From: Clostridia bacterium
GTDB taxonomy: Bacteria; Bacillota; Clostridia; UMGS1883
Assembly (NCBI GenBank): GCA_051866635.1
Contig: JBJDXJ010000019.1
Coordinates: 1 to 59,145, forward strand
Direction of reading: 5' to 3'
Length of the DNA stretch: 59,145 bases
Shown here in pieces: positions 6,921-18,000 of the stretch; the first letter of the stretch is position 1; every line of letters begins with the position of its first letter. The notes under the pieces were generated by a model that did no database searches, was not told the DNA's origin, and was given only the letters and a program-made list of their open reading frames with translations. A program made the translations under genes and the position numbers.

Positions 6921-8564
6921 TTAATTTGTTTCTTCTAACATTTCCCGTGCGGCTTCACGTGTTGCAGGGGTTATGTTGTCGGAGCTTATAAGCCTTGACA
7001 ATTCTTCAACCCTACCGTCAAAATCCAATGTGGTTACAACAGCACGGAAGGAATCAGAGGAGGTGTCCTTTGTGACGGTTAAGTGATTATGTGCCCTTGC
7101 CGCCATCTGGGGAAGATGGCTTACACAAATAACCTGTTTATCACAAGCCAAAGTCTTAAGTTTTTGAGCAATTCTTGATGCCGCCCTTCCTGAAACGCCG
7201 GTATCAATTTCGTCAAAGAGCAAAACATTAACATCGTCGCAGTTTGAAAGTACTGATTTCAACGCCAGCATTATTCTGCTCATTTCGCCACCTGATGCAA
7301 TACGGCTTAAGGGCTTTAAATTTTCCGAAGGGTTTGTGGAAATTAAAAACTCAGCACTGTAAAGCCCTGTCTCTCCGGGTGAATGGGAAGTATACTCAAT
7401 GTCAAAACGGACTTTGGGCATATCCAAAAATGCAAGTTCACTTTCAATGGCTTTTGTAAGTGCCGTGCCTGCATCAACTCGCACTTTGTGGAGCTTTTCG
7501 CCCAATTCAAGCATTTTTCTTTCACATTCGGTTGCTTCCTTTTCCAATTGTGCAATATTGTCGTCGTAAAAGACTAATTCTTCAAGTTCCTTTTCCCACT
7601 TTGAAAGGTTTTCAAGACAATCAGAAATTTCAGGACCGTACTTTTTCTTAAGGCGGGTTATTTTGTCAAGTCTTTCCTCAATTACGTCAAGGTCTGAAGG
7701 TGAAAATGTCATTCGTGATGCAAAGCTAATTATTTCAGAAGCTATGTCTTCAACGCAGTAATAGGCATCTGTCAGTTTTTCAGATATTGTGCCCAAGGAT
7801 TTATCCATGGAAGACGCCGTTTCCATGCTGTGCATTGCACCGTACAGACAGTCCTTTGCACCGCCTTGGGAGGAAAGTGCGTTACTTGCGGCATCAAGTG
7901 CCGCTAAAATTGAAGAATAGTTTCTTAATACGTCACGCTTTTGGGCTAGTTCCTCATCTTCGCCTATTACAGGTTCCACCTGACGGATTTCATTTATGCG
8001 GAAAGATAGTGTATCCTTTTGCATTTCCATGTCACTTTCACTTATACGCATTTTTTCGAGTTTTTCAAAAGCCTGCGATGAAGAAATAAATGCATTTTTA
8101 TATTCCTCAAGTAAATTACTGTCTTTGGCATATGCATCAAGGATAGAAAGGTGATAAGAGGGCTTTAAAAGTGCAATGTTATCATTTTGCCCGTGTATTG
8201 TAACAAGACGTTCACCAACAGCCTTAAGTGTTGAAAGAGGCACGGTAGACGAATTGATTTTACATACATTTTTTCCGTCAGAGGACAATTTTCTGTACAA
8301 GAACAAGTTTCCGTCCTCTTCAGGTTCAATATCAAAATCCGATAAATCGGGGCATTGGGAAAAAATAGCACTCACCAAAGCGAATTGTGCACCTGTACGT
8401 ATAAGGTCACGGGAGGTACGCATACCAAGAACCATGGAAAGTGCATCGATAAGTATTGATTTTCCGGCACCTGTTTCGCCTGTTAAAATATTAAAGCCTT
8501 TTGAAAATTCAACCTCTGCCTTTTCAATTACAGCTACGTTATTTATAGATAAGTTGATTAGCAT
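6921..8564 (-). CDS. recN: DNA repair protein RecN
   Basis: LTGETGAGKS Walker A, IASGGEMSR signature, FDEIDTGVSG Walker B. Confidence 0.97.
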   Translation of the reverse strand: MLINLSINNVAVIEKAEVEFSKGFNILTGETGAGKSILIDALSMVLGMRTSRDLIRTGAQFALVSAIFSQCPDLSDFDIEPEEDGNLFLYRKLSSDGKNVCKINSSTVPLSTLKAVGERLVTIHGQNDNIALLKPSYHLSILDAYAKDSNLLEEYKNAFISSSQAFEKLEKMRISESDMEMQKDTLSFRINEIRQVEPVIGEDEELAQKRDVLRNYSSILAALDAASNALSSQGGAKDCLYGAMHSMETASSMDKSLGTISEKLTDAYYCVEDIASEIISFASRMTFSPSDLDVIEERLDKITRLKKKYGPEISDCLENLSKWEKELEELVFYDDNIAQLEKEATECERKMLELGEKLHKVRVDAGTALTKAIESELAFLDMPKVRFDIEYTSHSPGETGLYSAEFLISTNPSENLKPLSRIASGGEMSRIMLALKSVLSNCDDVNVLLFDEIDTGVSGRAASRIAQKLKTLACDKQVICVSHLPQMAARAHNHLTVTKDTSSDSFRAVVTTLDFDGRVEELSRLISSDNITPATREAAREMLEETN

Positions 8565-8615
8565 AAATACACCTGCCAATAGTTATAGTGGTAATTCTAA
8601 GAATATAGGTTCAAT

Positions 8616-9068
8616 CTATTCTATCAGTGTACGCAGTTTATATACAAGCCTTCTGGCACTTTCTTCGCTTCGCACAACCATCATAACTGTGTCATCGCCT
8701 GCAATCGAACCTACCACTTCAGGAAAGTCCATGGAGTCAACTGCCGCACCTGCCGCTTGTGCCATACCGGGCAGTGTTTTTATAACAATGTTATTTACGG
8801 CATAATCAACAGCGGTAACACATTTTGAAAAAATTACAATAAATCTTGAGCTAAGGTCAGAAAAGGCAGGGTCTGTAGTTCTGGTATAGATACTTTTGCC
8901 CGTGTCAGCCTGCTTTTTTATAAGCCTGAGCTCCTTTATATCCCTTGAAACTGTAGCCTGTGTTACATCAAACCCCAACTGCTTTAAAGCTTCTGTAAGC
9001 TCGTACTGCGTTTCAATCTCTTTTTCGTTAATAAGCTGGAGTATTGCGTTTTGTCTCTTTATTCTCAT
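8616..9068 (-). CDS. argR: arginine repressor
   Basis: TQATVSRDIKEL, GSIAGDDT; nadK-argR-recN synteny. Confidence 0.97.
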   Translation of the reverse strand: MRIKRQNAILQLINEKEIETQYELTEALKQLGFDVTQATVSRDIKELRLIKKQADTGKSIYTRTTDPAFSDLSSRFIVIFSKCVTAVDYAVNNIVIKTLPGMAQAAGAAVDSMDFPEVVGSIAGDDTVMMVVRSEESARRLVYKLRTLIE

Positions 9069-9083
9069 TATATTCCCTCCAAA

Positions 9084-9926
9084 TCAGCTGTTTAAAGTCA
9101 GCTTTTCTTTAACTAAATGGAAAAAATTCTGCTCCCTTAATGTAAGCAGTTTTGCTTTGTAAGGTGATTTTTCTATAATAATTCTGTCACCTGCCCGAAT
9201 AGCAAAATCCTCCTGCCCGTCGGCTGAAATTGTCGCTTCTATGTGGCTGGGATAAATTGAAATTTCAATCACTCCATCTCCGGGAAGAACCATGGGTCTG
9301 TGCCCTAAAAGGTGAGGGCATATGGGCGATAGGATAAAAACATCAATTGTAGGCAATACAACAGGACCGCCGCAGGAAAGAGAATATGCAGTTGAACCTG
9401 TGGGCGTAGAAATAATAACCCCATCGGAACGGTAATCTACTGCGGAATCAGAATTGTATTTAACTGATAAATTAACAAGTTTTCCGCCTAAGCGGCGGAT
9501 GATAATGTCGTTTAATGCATAGGCAGAAAAAACCTCGTTATCATCACGTATAACCTTGGTCTTAAGCATCATCCTTTCCGAGGGGACGAGCGTATTTTTC
9601 AAAAGTGCCTCTGCGGCTTTCTTTGCATCCTTTGCAGTGACTGTTGAAAGAAAGCCTAAATGACCTGTGTTTATACTTAATATTGGTATATTAAATGGTG
9701 CGGCACGGCGTGCGGCAGTAAGTGTTGTGCCGTCACCGCCTAAAACAACGGCAATGTCCGCCTTTTTAAAAAGTTCTTCATCGTCATAATATACAGTAGC
9801 AGGAATAATAGACTCAAGCTCTTTTGCAATAAGAAGCTCACAACTGTTTTGTAATGCATCTAAAAAAGCATGTGCCGCTTCTGTAGGGTTAGATTTTATT
9901 ACGTTTGAAAGAATAGCTATTTTCAT
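9084..9926 (-). CDS. nadK: NAD kinase
   Basis: LGGDGT, GHLGFL, ALND, DGVIISTPTGSTAYSLS. Confidence 0.97.
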   Translation of the reverse strand: MKIAILSNVIKSNPTEAAHAFLDALQNSCELLIAKELESIIPATVYYDDEELFKKADIAVVLGGDGTTLTAARRAAPFNIPILSINTGHLGFLSTVTAKDAKKAAEALLKNTLVPSERMMLKTKVIRDDNEVFSAYALNDIIIRRLGGKLVNLSVKYNSDSAVDYRSDGVIISTPTGSTAYSLSCGGPVVLPTIDVFILSPICPHLLGHRPMVLPGDGVIEISIYPSHIEATISADGQEDFAIRAGDRIIIEKSPYKAKLLTLREQNFFHLVKEKLTLNS

Positions 9927-9998
9927 ATAGACCCTCCTAAAGCACTGTATGAATAATTATACACTAAAACTATGAATAAATCAATAATTTTATAAAAA

Positions 9999-10159
9999 GG
10001 AGCTGTAAAAAAAGTCAACACTGATATAACAAAAAGACCATTTCGGGACTGTCCCAACAAAACCTAGGTTTCTTTGGCAAATTGTCGCCCAATTTGCCAT
10101 AAGGGGGACTGTCCCAAATGGTCTTAACTTATTTCTTTAGAGACTTTTTTTACAACTTC
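9999..10159. mobile_element. MITE-like ~160-bp element (copy 1)
   Basis: terminal IR GGAGCTGTAAAAAAAGTC/GACTTTTTTTACAACTTC; near-identical copy at 51528-51689; no ORF. Confidence 0.75.
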
Positions 10160-10182
10160 TTTTTTGTCAGTTATGCGATTAT

Positions 10183-12405
10183 TCATTGAATAATGGATTT
10201 TTTTGAAAGAGGTGTTAAGGTTTTTTCGTCCCAGGAGTAGATATATGCTTTGTGTACCCCTGATATTTTTTCAAACTGTACTTCTGTTTTTTCTTCGCTT
10301 TTAAGAGTTACTTTCTGCATTTTCGTGCCCATGAGAATACCCATGTCGTTATAAAATGCACAGACTAATGTATAGTCACCTGCATTTTTGGCTTTGGCAC
10401 ATATTTTTACATAGTTTTCTTCGTTAACGCCATCTGAAAGGTTTACTTCAAATTTGTCAGCAAATAATTCACCTGTCATGGCAACGATTTCCCAAAGTTC
10501 GTTTTCACCTGTGTAAGGATACTGCACAGCCTGTGAACCGTCTGTGGTTAAACCTTTGAAAGAGAGGCAAAGTCCGCTTCCACGGTTTACAATTTTGTAA
10601 AGTGTCATGCCGTCTTTATATACGGGTTCAAACTTCCACTGCTGGTTTAAACTTCCGTCCCAGTCCCACTGAACGCATCTTGCATCTTTTGCATTACTGC
10701 CGCCGTAAACGCCCAGTGCCTTTAAGCTGTTGTAATTAATAAGCTTATAATATCCGTCTGTTGTGGACTCTAATGTCCAGGTTTGGTCTGCCGTGCCCTG
10801 GTCTGTCCAGGCAATTATGTTTACACCGTTATTAAATTCAGCCCCGTAAACGGAAAGGGTTTTGCCACCTTTAAAAGCGTGGAGCTTTATTGTCACCTCT
10901 TCGTTTTCATCGCTTGAGTCTGTAAGGCTCATATCGGGGGAGGAGGCAAAATCGGTGTTGTCTGCCATAATGCGGAAGGTGGAAATAGAATGAGGCGGCA
11001 CAGTTGGTTTTGCCTTAACGCCGTTTACATTAATTGCAACATTCAAATCGATATTTGCACTGTTTTTAACAACGAGGATAACTTCGCCGTCGGGGTTCTG
11101 GAAGGCAATTTTATCTCCATAGTTGCCCTCTGTTTTAATCCGTCTTGCACCGGGCTTTATATAATAGGAAAAGTGCTTTGTTAAGTAATACTGCGGTGTG
11201 TAAATTACCTCATTTGTTTGTGAATGAACGATAATAGGTGCATTCTGTCGCCAGGGGCTGGGGGAGGTGTTCTCACCTTTTTCGTCAAGCACCATATTCC
11301 AAAGCATATAGCTCGATACCCCTGCGTCAAAAAATTCTTTAAAGGTGTCGAACTGGTCTTCTGCGTACTGCCAGGAGTTACTGCCACCGCCGCACTTTGT
11401 TTCCGACTGCATTAAGTCGAGGTTGGGAAACTGACGATGTACCCTTTTGCAAAGGGGAGAGGACCACCACTGAAAGCCCATACCTTCTATAATCTTACTT
11501 GTAACGGGGTCGTTTAATGTGGGATCGGTGCGGTTTGCCTGTGCATCGGTAAATGTGCCTAAATATATTTTGATATCAAGTCCTGCTTCATCAAATGCAG
11601 GAGCAAGGTAATCACGGACAAATTCGTTTAGCTCTGCTCCTGTCCATACGCATGATGAATATGCTGTGTTCATTGTAGGCTCGTTCTGGGGCATTACCAT
11701 ATATACGTTATGTCCTTCCGCACGGTAAGCCTTGACATATTTAACAAAATAGTTGGCATATGCCTTTAAAACATCATCTTCCCAACGGATTGTGTTATTG
11801 TCGCCGCCGTAGATTGTTTTGTTGTTTTTCATCCAAGAGGGGGGCGACCAGGGTGAACCCCATATGGGAAGACCCGGTACATACTTTTCAGCCGCCTCAA
11901 TGTAGGGGAGCATATATTCACGATCGGACTCGATTGAAAAATATTCCATATCGTAATCGTTTTCCACGCCCTCGGGCAGCTCGTCATAGCTTTGGGAACG
12001 GTTTATTGAAAAGTCGGAGTTACCCAGTGCCATTCTGCCTGTTGTAAGTTTCAATCCGTCCTGTGAGAAAAGTGAAGCTATAATGCTGTCACGTTCGCCC
12101 TCGGTTAAATCCTTCATCGCTTCCCAACCACGTTCGTTAAAACAGCCGCCGAAGGGTGTATTTGTTAATGTCTGGTAACGGACTCTGGGGTCAACATCAA
12201 TATAAAGCTCTGTGTCGTTATCCCACGCTGAGAGCGGAAGCGTTCCCTTATCTGCCCACCGCGTGCTGTCTGTTGTGCATTGCCAGTACATCTGCGTTTC
12301 TTGTGCACCGGAAACATTCGGTGCAGCGGAAATAGCCATTGTTCCGACGAAAGTCATTGCCACAGCTTTTTTCATAAAATTCACTATCCTTTTCATTTTT
12401 TTCAC
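10183..12405 (-). CDS. secreted GH30 glycoside hydrolase with ricin-type (CBM13) lectin domain
   Basis: signal peptide; SPWSPPSWMK, QNEP acid/base, QSET nucleophile, LWNMVLD; QxW repeats (DQTW, NQQW). Confidence 0.88.
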   Translation of the reverse strand: MKKMKRIVNFMKKAVAMTFVGTMAISAAPNVSGAQETQMYWQCTTDSTRWADKGTLPLSAWDNDTELYIDVDPRVRYQTLTNTPFGGCFNERGWEAMKDLTEGERDSIIASLFSQDGLKLTTGRMALGNSDFSINRSQSYDELPEGVENDYDMEYFSIESDREYMLPYIEAAEKYVPGLPIWGSPWSPPSWMKNNKTIYGGDNNTIRWEDDVLKAYANYFVKYVKAYRAEGHNVYMVMPQNEPTMNTAYSSCVWTGAELNEFVRDYLAPAFDEAGLDIKIYLGTFTDAQANRTDPTLNDPVTSKIIEGMGFQWWSSPLCKRVHRQFPNLDLMQSETKCGGGSNSWQYAEDQFDTFKEFFDAGVSSYMLWNMVLDEKGENTSPSPWRQNAPIIVHSQTNEVIYTPQYYLTKHFSYYIKPGARRIKTEGNYGDKIAFQNPDGEVILVVKNSANIDLNVAINVNGVKAKPTVPPHSISTFRIMADNTDFASSPDMSLTDSSDENEEVTIKLHAFKGGKTLSVYGAEFNNGVNIIAWTDQGTADQTWTLESTTDGYYKLINYNSLKALGVYGGSNAKDARCVQWDWDGSLNQQWKFEPVYKDGMTLYKIVNRGSGLCLSFKGLTTDGSQAVQYPYTGENELWEIVAMTGELFADKFEVNLSDGVNEENYVKICAKAKNAGDYTLVCAFYNDMGILMGTKMQKVTLKSEEKTEVQFEKISGVHKAYIYSWDEKTLTPLSKKSIIQ

Positions 12406-12489
12406 TCCTTTAAATAAAAGATATCATATACGGAGTTGAAATTACAGTAAATTAATGATAAAATATAGACAAATATTGCGTAGAGGAGA

Positions 12490-13284
12490 ATGACTATGCT
12501 TCCCTTTTTTGAACGGAAAGATGCTGAACTTTTTGTGTATGAATATGCTGAATTTGCCTTTCCAGCCCATTTTCACCCGTCAATAGAGGTGATTGTTCCC
12601 GAGAGGGGACAGATAAAGCTTGTCATGGAGGGGAACGGTCATATATTGCAAAAAGGCGATATTGGTATCATTTTTCCCGGAATTGTCCACCACTATGAAT
12701 ATATCCCGAACACAAATTCAAAGGGGTATTTGATTTTGATAGGCAAACAGCTTATGGGGGAATATAACGGCGAGATGGAAAACTGCAAAGCAAAAAGCCC
12801 TGTACTTAAATGTACAGAGCTTGATACAGACGCATTAAACGCCCTTGAAAAACTCAGGCATATGCAAGAGAGTAACTTAAGAGGGAAAAAGGCATACGCA
12901 AAAATGTTTCTTTTTCACCTTTTTGAAAAAATAGAGCTTTCGGAAAACGCAGACATACACGAGGACATACTCTACCGCCTTGTTGACTATATGGAAAAGC
13001 ATTTTACCGAGGATATAACGCTGGAAACTACTGCGGAGGCATTATATATAAGTAAATACACCCTATCGAGGGTGTTCGGCAAAAGCTTAGGGCAAAGCTA
13101 TAACGATTATCTTAATAATCTTAGGGTTCGCTACGTTATTGAAAAAATGGAAAACGGAGAAAGAATATCTGAAGCGGCATTTGACGCAGGGTTTAATAAC
13201 CTAAGAACCTTTAACCGTGCATTTAAAAAAGTTACAAATTTAACGCCCAGGGAATATAAGATGCGTCAAGTTAAAATTACATAA
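12490..13284 (+). CDS. AraC-family regulator (cupin + HTH), divergent from GH30
   Basis: FPAHFH..IE cupin; AFDAGFNNLRTFNRAFKK..TPREY. Confidence 0.92.
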   Translation: MTMLPFFERKDAELFVYEYAEFAFPAHFHPSIEVIVPERGQIKLVMEGNGHILQKGDIGIIFPGIVHHYEYIPNTNSKGYLILIGKQLMGEYNGEMENCKAKSPVLKCTELDTDALNALEKLRHMQESNLRGKKAYAKMFLFHLFEKIELSENADIHEDILYRLVDYMEKHFTEDITLETTAEALYISKYTLSRVFGKSLGQSYNDYLNNLRVRYVIEKMENGERISEAAFDAGFNNLRTFNRAFKKVTNLTPREYKMRQVKIT

Positions 13285-13398
13285 ACTTTCCTTCAGAAAT
13301 ACGAGTTTGAGTAATTAAAAATATATTTAGAATTATTATACTTGAAATTATAATAATTTGTGGTATAATACAAAAATAGAAGAAAGGGAGGATGCAAC

Positions 13399-14787
13399 AT
13401 GACAAAATTTATAGATAGAGAACATGAAATGGAGACATTAAATAGTGAGTATAAAAGAGAGGGGTCTTCATTGATAATTGTATACGGTCGTAGGCGTGTT
13501 GGAAAAACCACGCTGATTACAGAATTTATAAAAGGTAAAAATGCACTTTTTTTCTTGGCAAGTCAGGAATCGGAGACGCAAAATCGCAATTTATTTAAAG
13601 ATAAAGCGGCTCAGTTCATTGGTAGTGATTTGCTTCGTAATGCAACTGTATCTGATTGGGACACCATTTTTAACGCAATTGCCGATACTAAATTTAAATC
13701 CAAACCCATAGTCGTAATAGATGAATTTCAGTATATTGGAAAATCTAATGAGGCATTCCCTTCCATATTTCAAAGGATATGGGATGAAATCTTAAAGGAT
13801 AAATCCATTATGGTTATACTTTGCGGCTCACTTATAACGATGATGGAGGAGCAGACTTTAAAATATACTAGTCCGTTGTACGGCAGAAGAACGGCACAAA
13901 TAAGATTAAAGCAGATCCCCTATTATTATTATAAGCACTTTTTTCCTTACAAAAATGAGCGTGAGCTTGTGGAATTATATTCAGTTACAGGCGGAGTGCC
14001 TAAGTATATTGAATCTTTCCATGAGGGTGAGGACATATATTCAGCGATAGAAAGTAATGTGTTAAATCCGTCAAGTTACTTGTATGATGAACCCCATTTC
14101 CTTCTGCAACAAGAAGTTACGGAGATAGGAAGTTATTTTTCTTTGATAAAAACTATAGCGGCAGGCAACAGCAAATTGTCAGCTATTGCATCTTCACTTG
14201 AACTTCCTCAAACGAGATTGACAAAATATATAAAAACTCTTATTGATTTGGATATATTGGAAAGAGAAGTCCCCGTAACGGAAGAAAATCCCGGAAAAAG
14301 CAAGAAAGGTCTTTACAGAATAAAGGATAATTATATAAAATTTTGGTTCGCATTTGTATATCCTAATTTAAGTTTTTTGGAAAGCGGCAACGTACAGATA
14401 GTTATGAATAAAATAAGAAAAAGTTTTATAAACAGTCAAGTCAGCTTTGTGTATGAGGATGTGTGTCGTGAGAAAATGTGGGAAATGAACGGAAAGGGAG
14501 CATGGCCATTTAACTTTTCAAAAATAGGAAGATATTGGGATAATAAAACAGAAATAGATATTGCAGCATTAGATCCTGAGGGCAAAAATTTAGTACTGGG
14601 AGAGTGCAAATATTGGAAAGAAGAAGTGGGAGTAAACATTTTATTGGAATTAGAGGAAAAATCTAAAAGTGTGAGATGGAATTACGAAAAAAGAAATACA
14701 TGGTTTATCATATTTAGTGCAGGTGGATTTACTAAAGAGCTAAGAGAATTGGAAGCTAAACGTGAAGATTTAATCCTTGCGGAATAA
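13399..14787 (+). CDS. archaeal-type AAA ATPase with DUF234/PD-(D/E)xK-like C-terminus
   Basis: FIDREHE, YGRRRVGKT Walker A, IDEFQ Walker B, EIDIAA...LGECK. Confidence 0.85.
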   Translation: MTKFIDREHEMETLNSEYKREGSSLIIVYGRRRVGKTTLITEFIKGKNALFFLASQESETQNRNLFKDKAAQFIGSDLLRNATVSDWDTIFNAIADTKFKSKPIVVIDEFQYIGKSNEAFPSIFQRIWDEILKDKSIMVILCGSLITMMEEQTLKYTSPLYGRRTAQIRLKQIPYYYYKHFFPYKNERELVELYSVTGGVPKYIESFHEGEDIYSAIESNVLNPSSYLYDEPHFLLQQEVTEIGSYFSLIKTIAAGNSKLSAIASSLELPQTRLTKYIKTLIDLDILEREVPVTEENPGKSKKGLYRIKDNYIKFWFAFVYPNLSFLESGNVQIVMNKIRKSFINSQVSFVYEDVCREKMWEMNGKGAWPFNFSKIGRYWDNKTEIDIAALDPEGKNLVLGECKYWKEEVGVNILLELEEKSKSVRWNYEKRNTWFIIFSAGGFTKELRELEAKREDLILAE

Positions 14788-14813
14788 ATTATTAATTTTA
14801 CTGTCTTAGCCCC

Positions 14814-14842
14814 TTGACAGTAAAAGATACCTGTGTTATAAT
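14814..14842 (+). promoter_or_regulatory. rpoBC promoter
   Basis: TTGACA-17 nt-TATAAT with extended -10; -35 overlaps the IR TTTTACTGTC/GACAGTAAAA. Confidence 0.8.
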
Positions 14843-15049
14843 GCTATACTGCACCATAGGATGGAAAGTGTTGCTTTCTCTCCCTTTTGGTGGGAAAATT
14901 TATAGGCAAATAAGAGCTTTTTACACACTGAAAAGGGTACATTCTATACCTTTTTCGGATGGATAAAGCATCGTTTAATGCTTTTTCGGGGGTGACCCCG
15001 ATTGCCAAGTGTAAATCTTTTAAAAAATTTATTTTAAGAGGTGATTGGT

Positions 15050-18000
15050 TTGCATCCGATAAAATTAGGGAAAAACGAAAGAATGAGCTTTTCCAAGATT
15101 CAGGAAGTATTGGAAATGCCCAATCTTATCGATTTGCAGAGAAAAAGTTACGAATGGTTCGTAGCGGAGGGTCTTCGTGAGGTGTTCCGCGATGTATCTC
15201 CCATTACTGATTACTCAGGCAATCTCAGATTGGAATTCGGCGATTACCGTTTGGACGAAAATCCCAAGTATTCCATTGAGGAATGTAAAGAGAGAGATAC
15301 TAATTATGCAGCTCCTTTGAGAGTTAATGCAAGACTTATTAACAATGAAACAGGCGAAATTAAGGAACAGGAAATCTTTATGGGTGATTTCCCCCTTATG
15401 ACAGAACAGGGTACGTTCATTATAAACGGTGCAGAAAGAGTTATCGTTACTCAGCTTGTACGTTCACCCGGTATTTACTACGAACAGAAGTTTGACAAGA
15501 GCGGTAAAAAACTTATCAATTCCACAGTTATCCCTAACCGTGGTGCATGGCTTGAATATGAAACTGATTCAAACGATATTTTCCATGTTCGTATTGACAG
15601 AACAAGAAAGCTCCCCGTAACAGTTCTTATCAAGGCACTTGGTCTTGAAACAGATGCTGAAATCTTCGAGCTTTTCGGCGACGATATCCGTCTTCGTACA
15701 ACACTTGACAAGTACCCCACAAAGAACAGGGAAGAAGGTCTTCTTGAAATTTACCGTAAACTTCGTCCCGGTGAACCTCCTACGGTTGAAAGTGCCACAA
15801 CACTTATAACAAACCTCTTCTTTGATGCAAGAAGATATGACCTTGCAAAGGTTGGTCGCTATAAGTACAATATGAAGCTTGCTATGGCAAAAAGAATTGC
15901 AAATCATGTTGCCGCAAGTGACATTGTGGACCCTGAAAGCGGCGAATTGTTTGTACGTGAAGGCGAAAAGATTTCAGTTAGCCAGGCAACTGAAATTGAA
16001 AATGCAGGTATCAACCGTGTTATCCTTCGTGTGGAAGACAGAGATGTCGTTGTATTCGGCAACAACACAGTTGATTTAAAATATCACCTTCCCTTTGATG
16101 CATCTGATATTACAAAGGAAAAGGTTGTTAAGAGCGTTCTTGATGAAATCTTGGCTGAATATTCAGAAGAAGAGGACATCAGAAAGGCAATGGTAAGAAG
16201 AATTGATGAGCTTGTTCCCAAGCATATAACAGTTGACGATATTTTAGCGTCAATCAACTACTGCTCCAACCTGGCGGACGGTATCGGACAGGATGATGAT
16301 ATTGACCATCTGGGCAACCGTCGTCTCCGCAGTGTAGGTGAGCTTTTACAGAACCAGTTCAGAATAGGTCTTGCAAGAATGGACCGTGGTGTAAAGGAAA
16401 GAATGAGCACTCAGGAGCTTGATATTGTAACTCCTCAGTCCCTTGTTAATATCCGTCCCATTGTGGCGGCTATTAAGGAATTCTTCGGTTCTTCACAGCT
16501 CTCTCAGTTCATGGACCAGACAAACCCCTTGGGCGAGCTTACTCATAAGAGAAGACTTTCTGCCTTAGGTCCCGGCGGTCTTTCAAGAGAGAGGGCAGGC
16601 TTCCAGGTTCGTGACGTACACTATACTCACTACGGCAGAATGTGTCCTATCGAATCTCCCGAAGGTCCTAACATCGGTCTTATTTCATCACTTTCTTCAT
16701 TTGCAAGAATTAATGAATACGGATTTATTGAATCACCTTACCGTAAGGTTATAAAGGGCGAAGGTATTGTAACAGATGAAATCGAATACATGACAGCAGA
16801 TGTGGAAGATAACTACATCGTTGCTCAGGCAAACGAACCCCTTGATGAAAACGGCAAGTTCGTGAAGAACAAGGTTTCCGCACGTCACAGAGAAGAAATC
16901 CTTGAAATTTCCGCCAAGGAAATTGACTACATGGACGTAAGCCCCAAGCAGGTTGTATCTGTTGCTACAGCTATGATTCCCTTCCTTGAAAACGATGACG
17001 CAAACCGTGCATTGATGGGTTCAAACATGCAGCGTCAGGCGGTTCCCCTTCTTAAGCCCGAAAGCCCAATCATCGGTACAGGTATGGAATATAAGGCCGC
17101 AAAGGACTCAGGTGTTGTTGTACTTGCAAAAGAGTCCGGTATTATTGAAAAGGTTTCCGCTGATGAAATCGTTATTCGTGACGATGCAGGGGAAAGACAT
17201 AAATATCATTTATTGAAGTTCAAGCGTTCCAACCAGAGCACATGTATCAACCAGCGTCCCATTGTGTCTGCCGGTGAAAGGGTTGAAAAGGGCGATATTA
17301 TTGCAGACGGTCCTTCCACAGATAACGGTGAAATTGCTCTTGGACGTAACGTTCTCATCGGCTTTATGACATGGGAAGGTTACAACTACGAAGATGCTGT
17401 ACTTCTTAACGAACACCTTGTTCGTGATGACTGGTACACATCAATCCACGTGGAAGAATATGAATCAGAATCCCGTGATACAAAGCTCGGTCCCGAAGAA
17501 ATTACACGTGATATCCCCAATGTGGGCGAAGATGCACTCCGTGACCTTGACTCCCGTGGTATTATCCGTATAGGTGCAGAAGTTCACGCAGGCGATATAT
17601 TGGTAGGTAAGGTAACACCTAAGGGTGAAACTGAACTTACAAGCGAAGAAAGACTCCTCAGAGCTATCTTCGGTGAAAAGGCAAGAGAAGTAAGAGATAC
17701 ATCTCTTCGTGTTCCCCACGGTGAATGTGGTATTATCGTTGACGTTAAGGTGTTCACACGTGAAAACGGCGATGAACTTCCTCCCGGAGTTAACGAGGTT
17801 GTACGTTGTTATATTATCCAGAAGAGAAAAATCTCTGTTGGTGACAAGATGGCAGGCCGTCACGGTAACAAGGGTGTCGTTTCCAGAATTCTTCCGGCAG
17901 AAGACATGCCCTTCCTTCCCGATGGTACTCCTCTTGATATCGTTCTTAACCCCTTGGGCGTACCTAGCCGTATGAATATCGGTCAGGTATTGGAGGTTCA

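Noticed and set aside
16480-16580. Rifampicin-resistance substitutions in rpoB (and streptomycin sites in rpsL)
   Set aside because: Key residues Q, D, H, S of cluster I and the rpsL lysines look wild type
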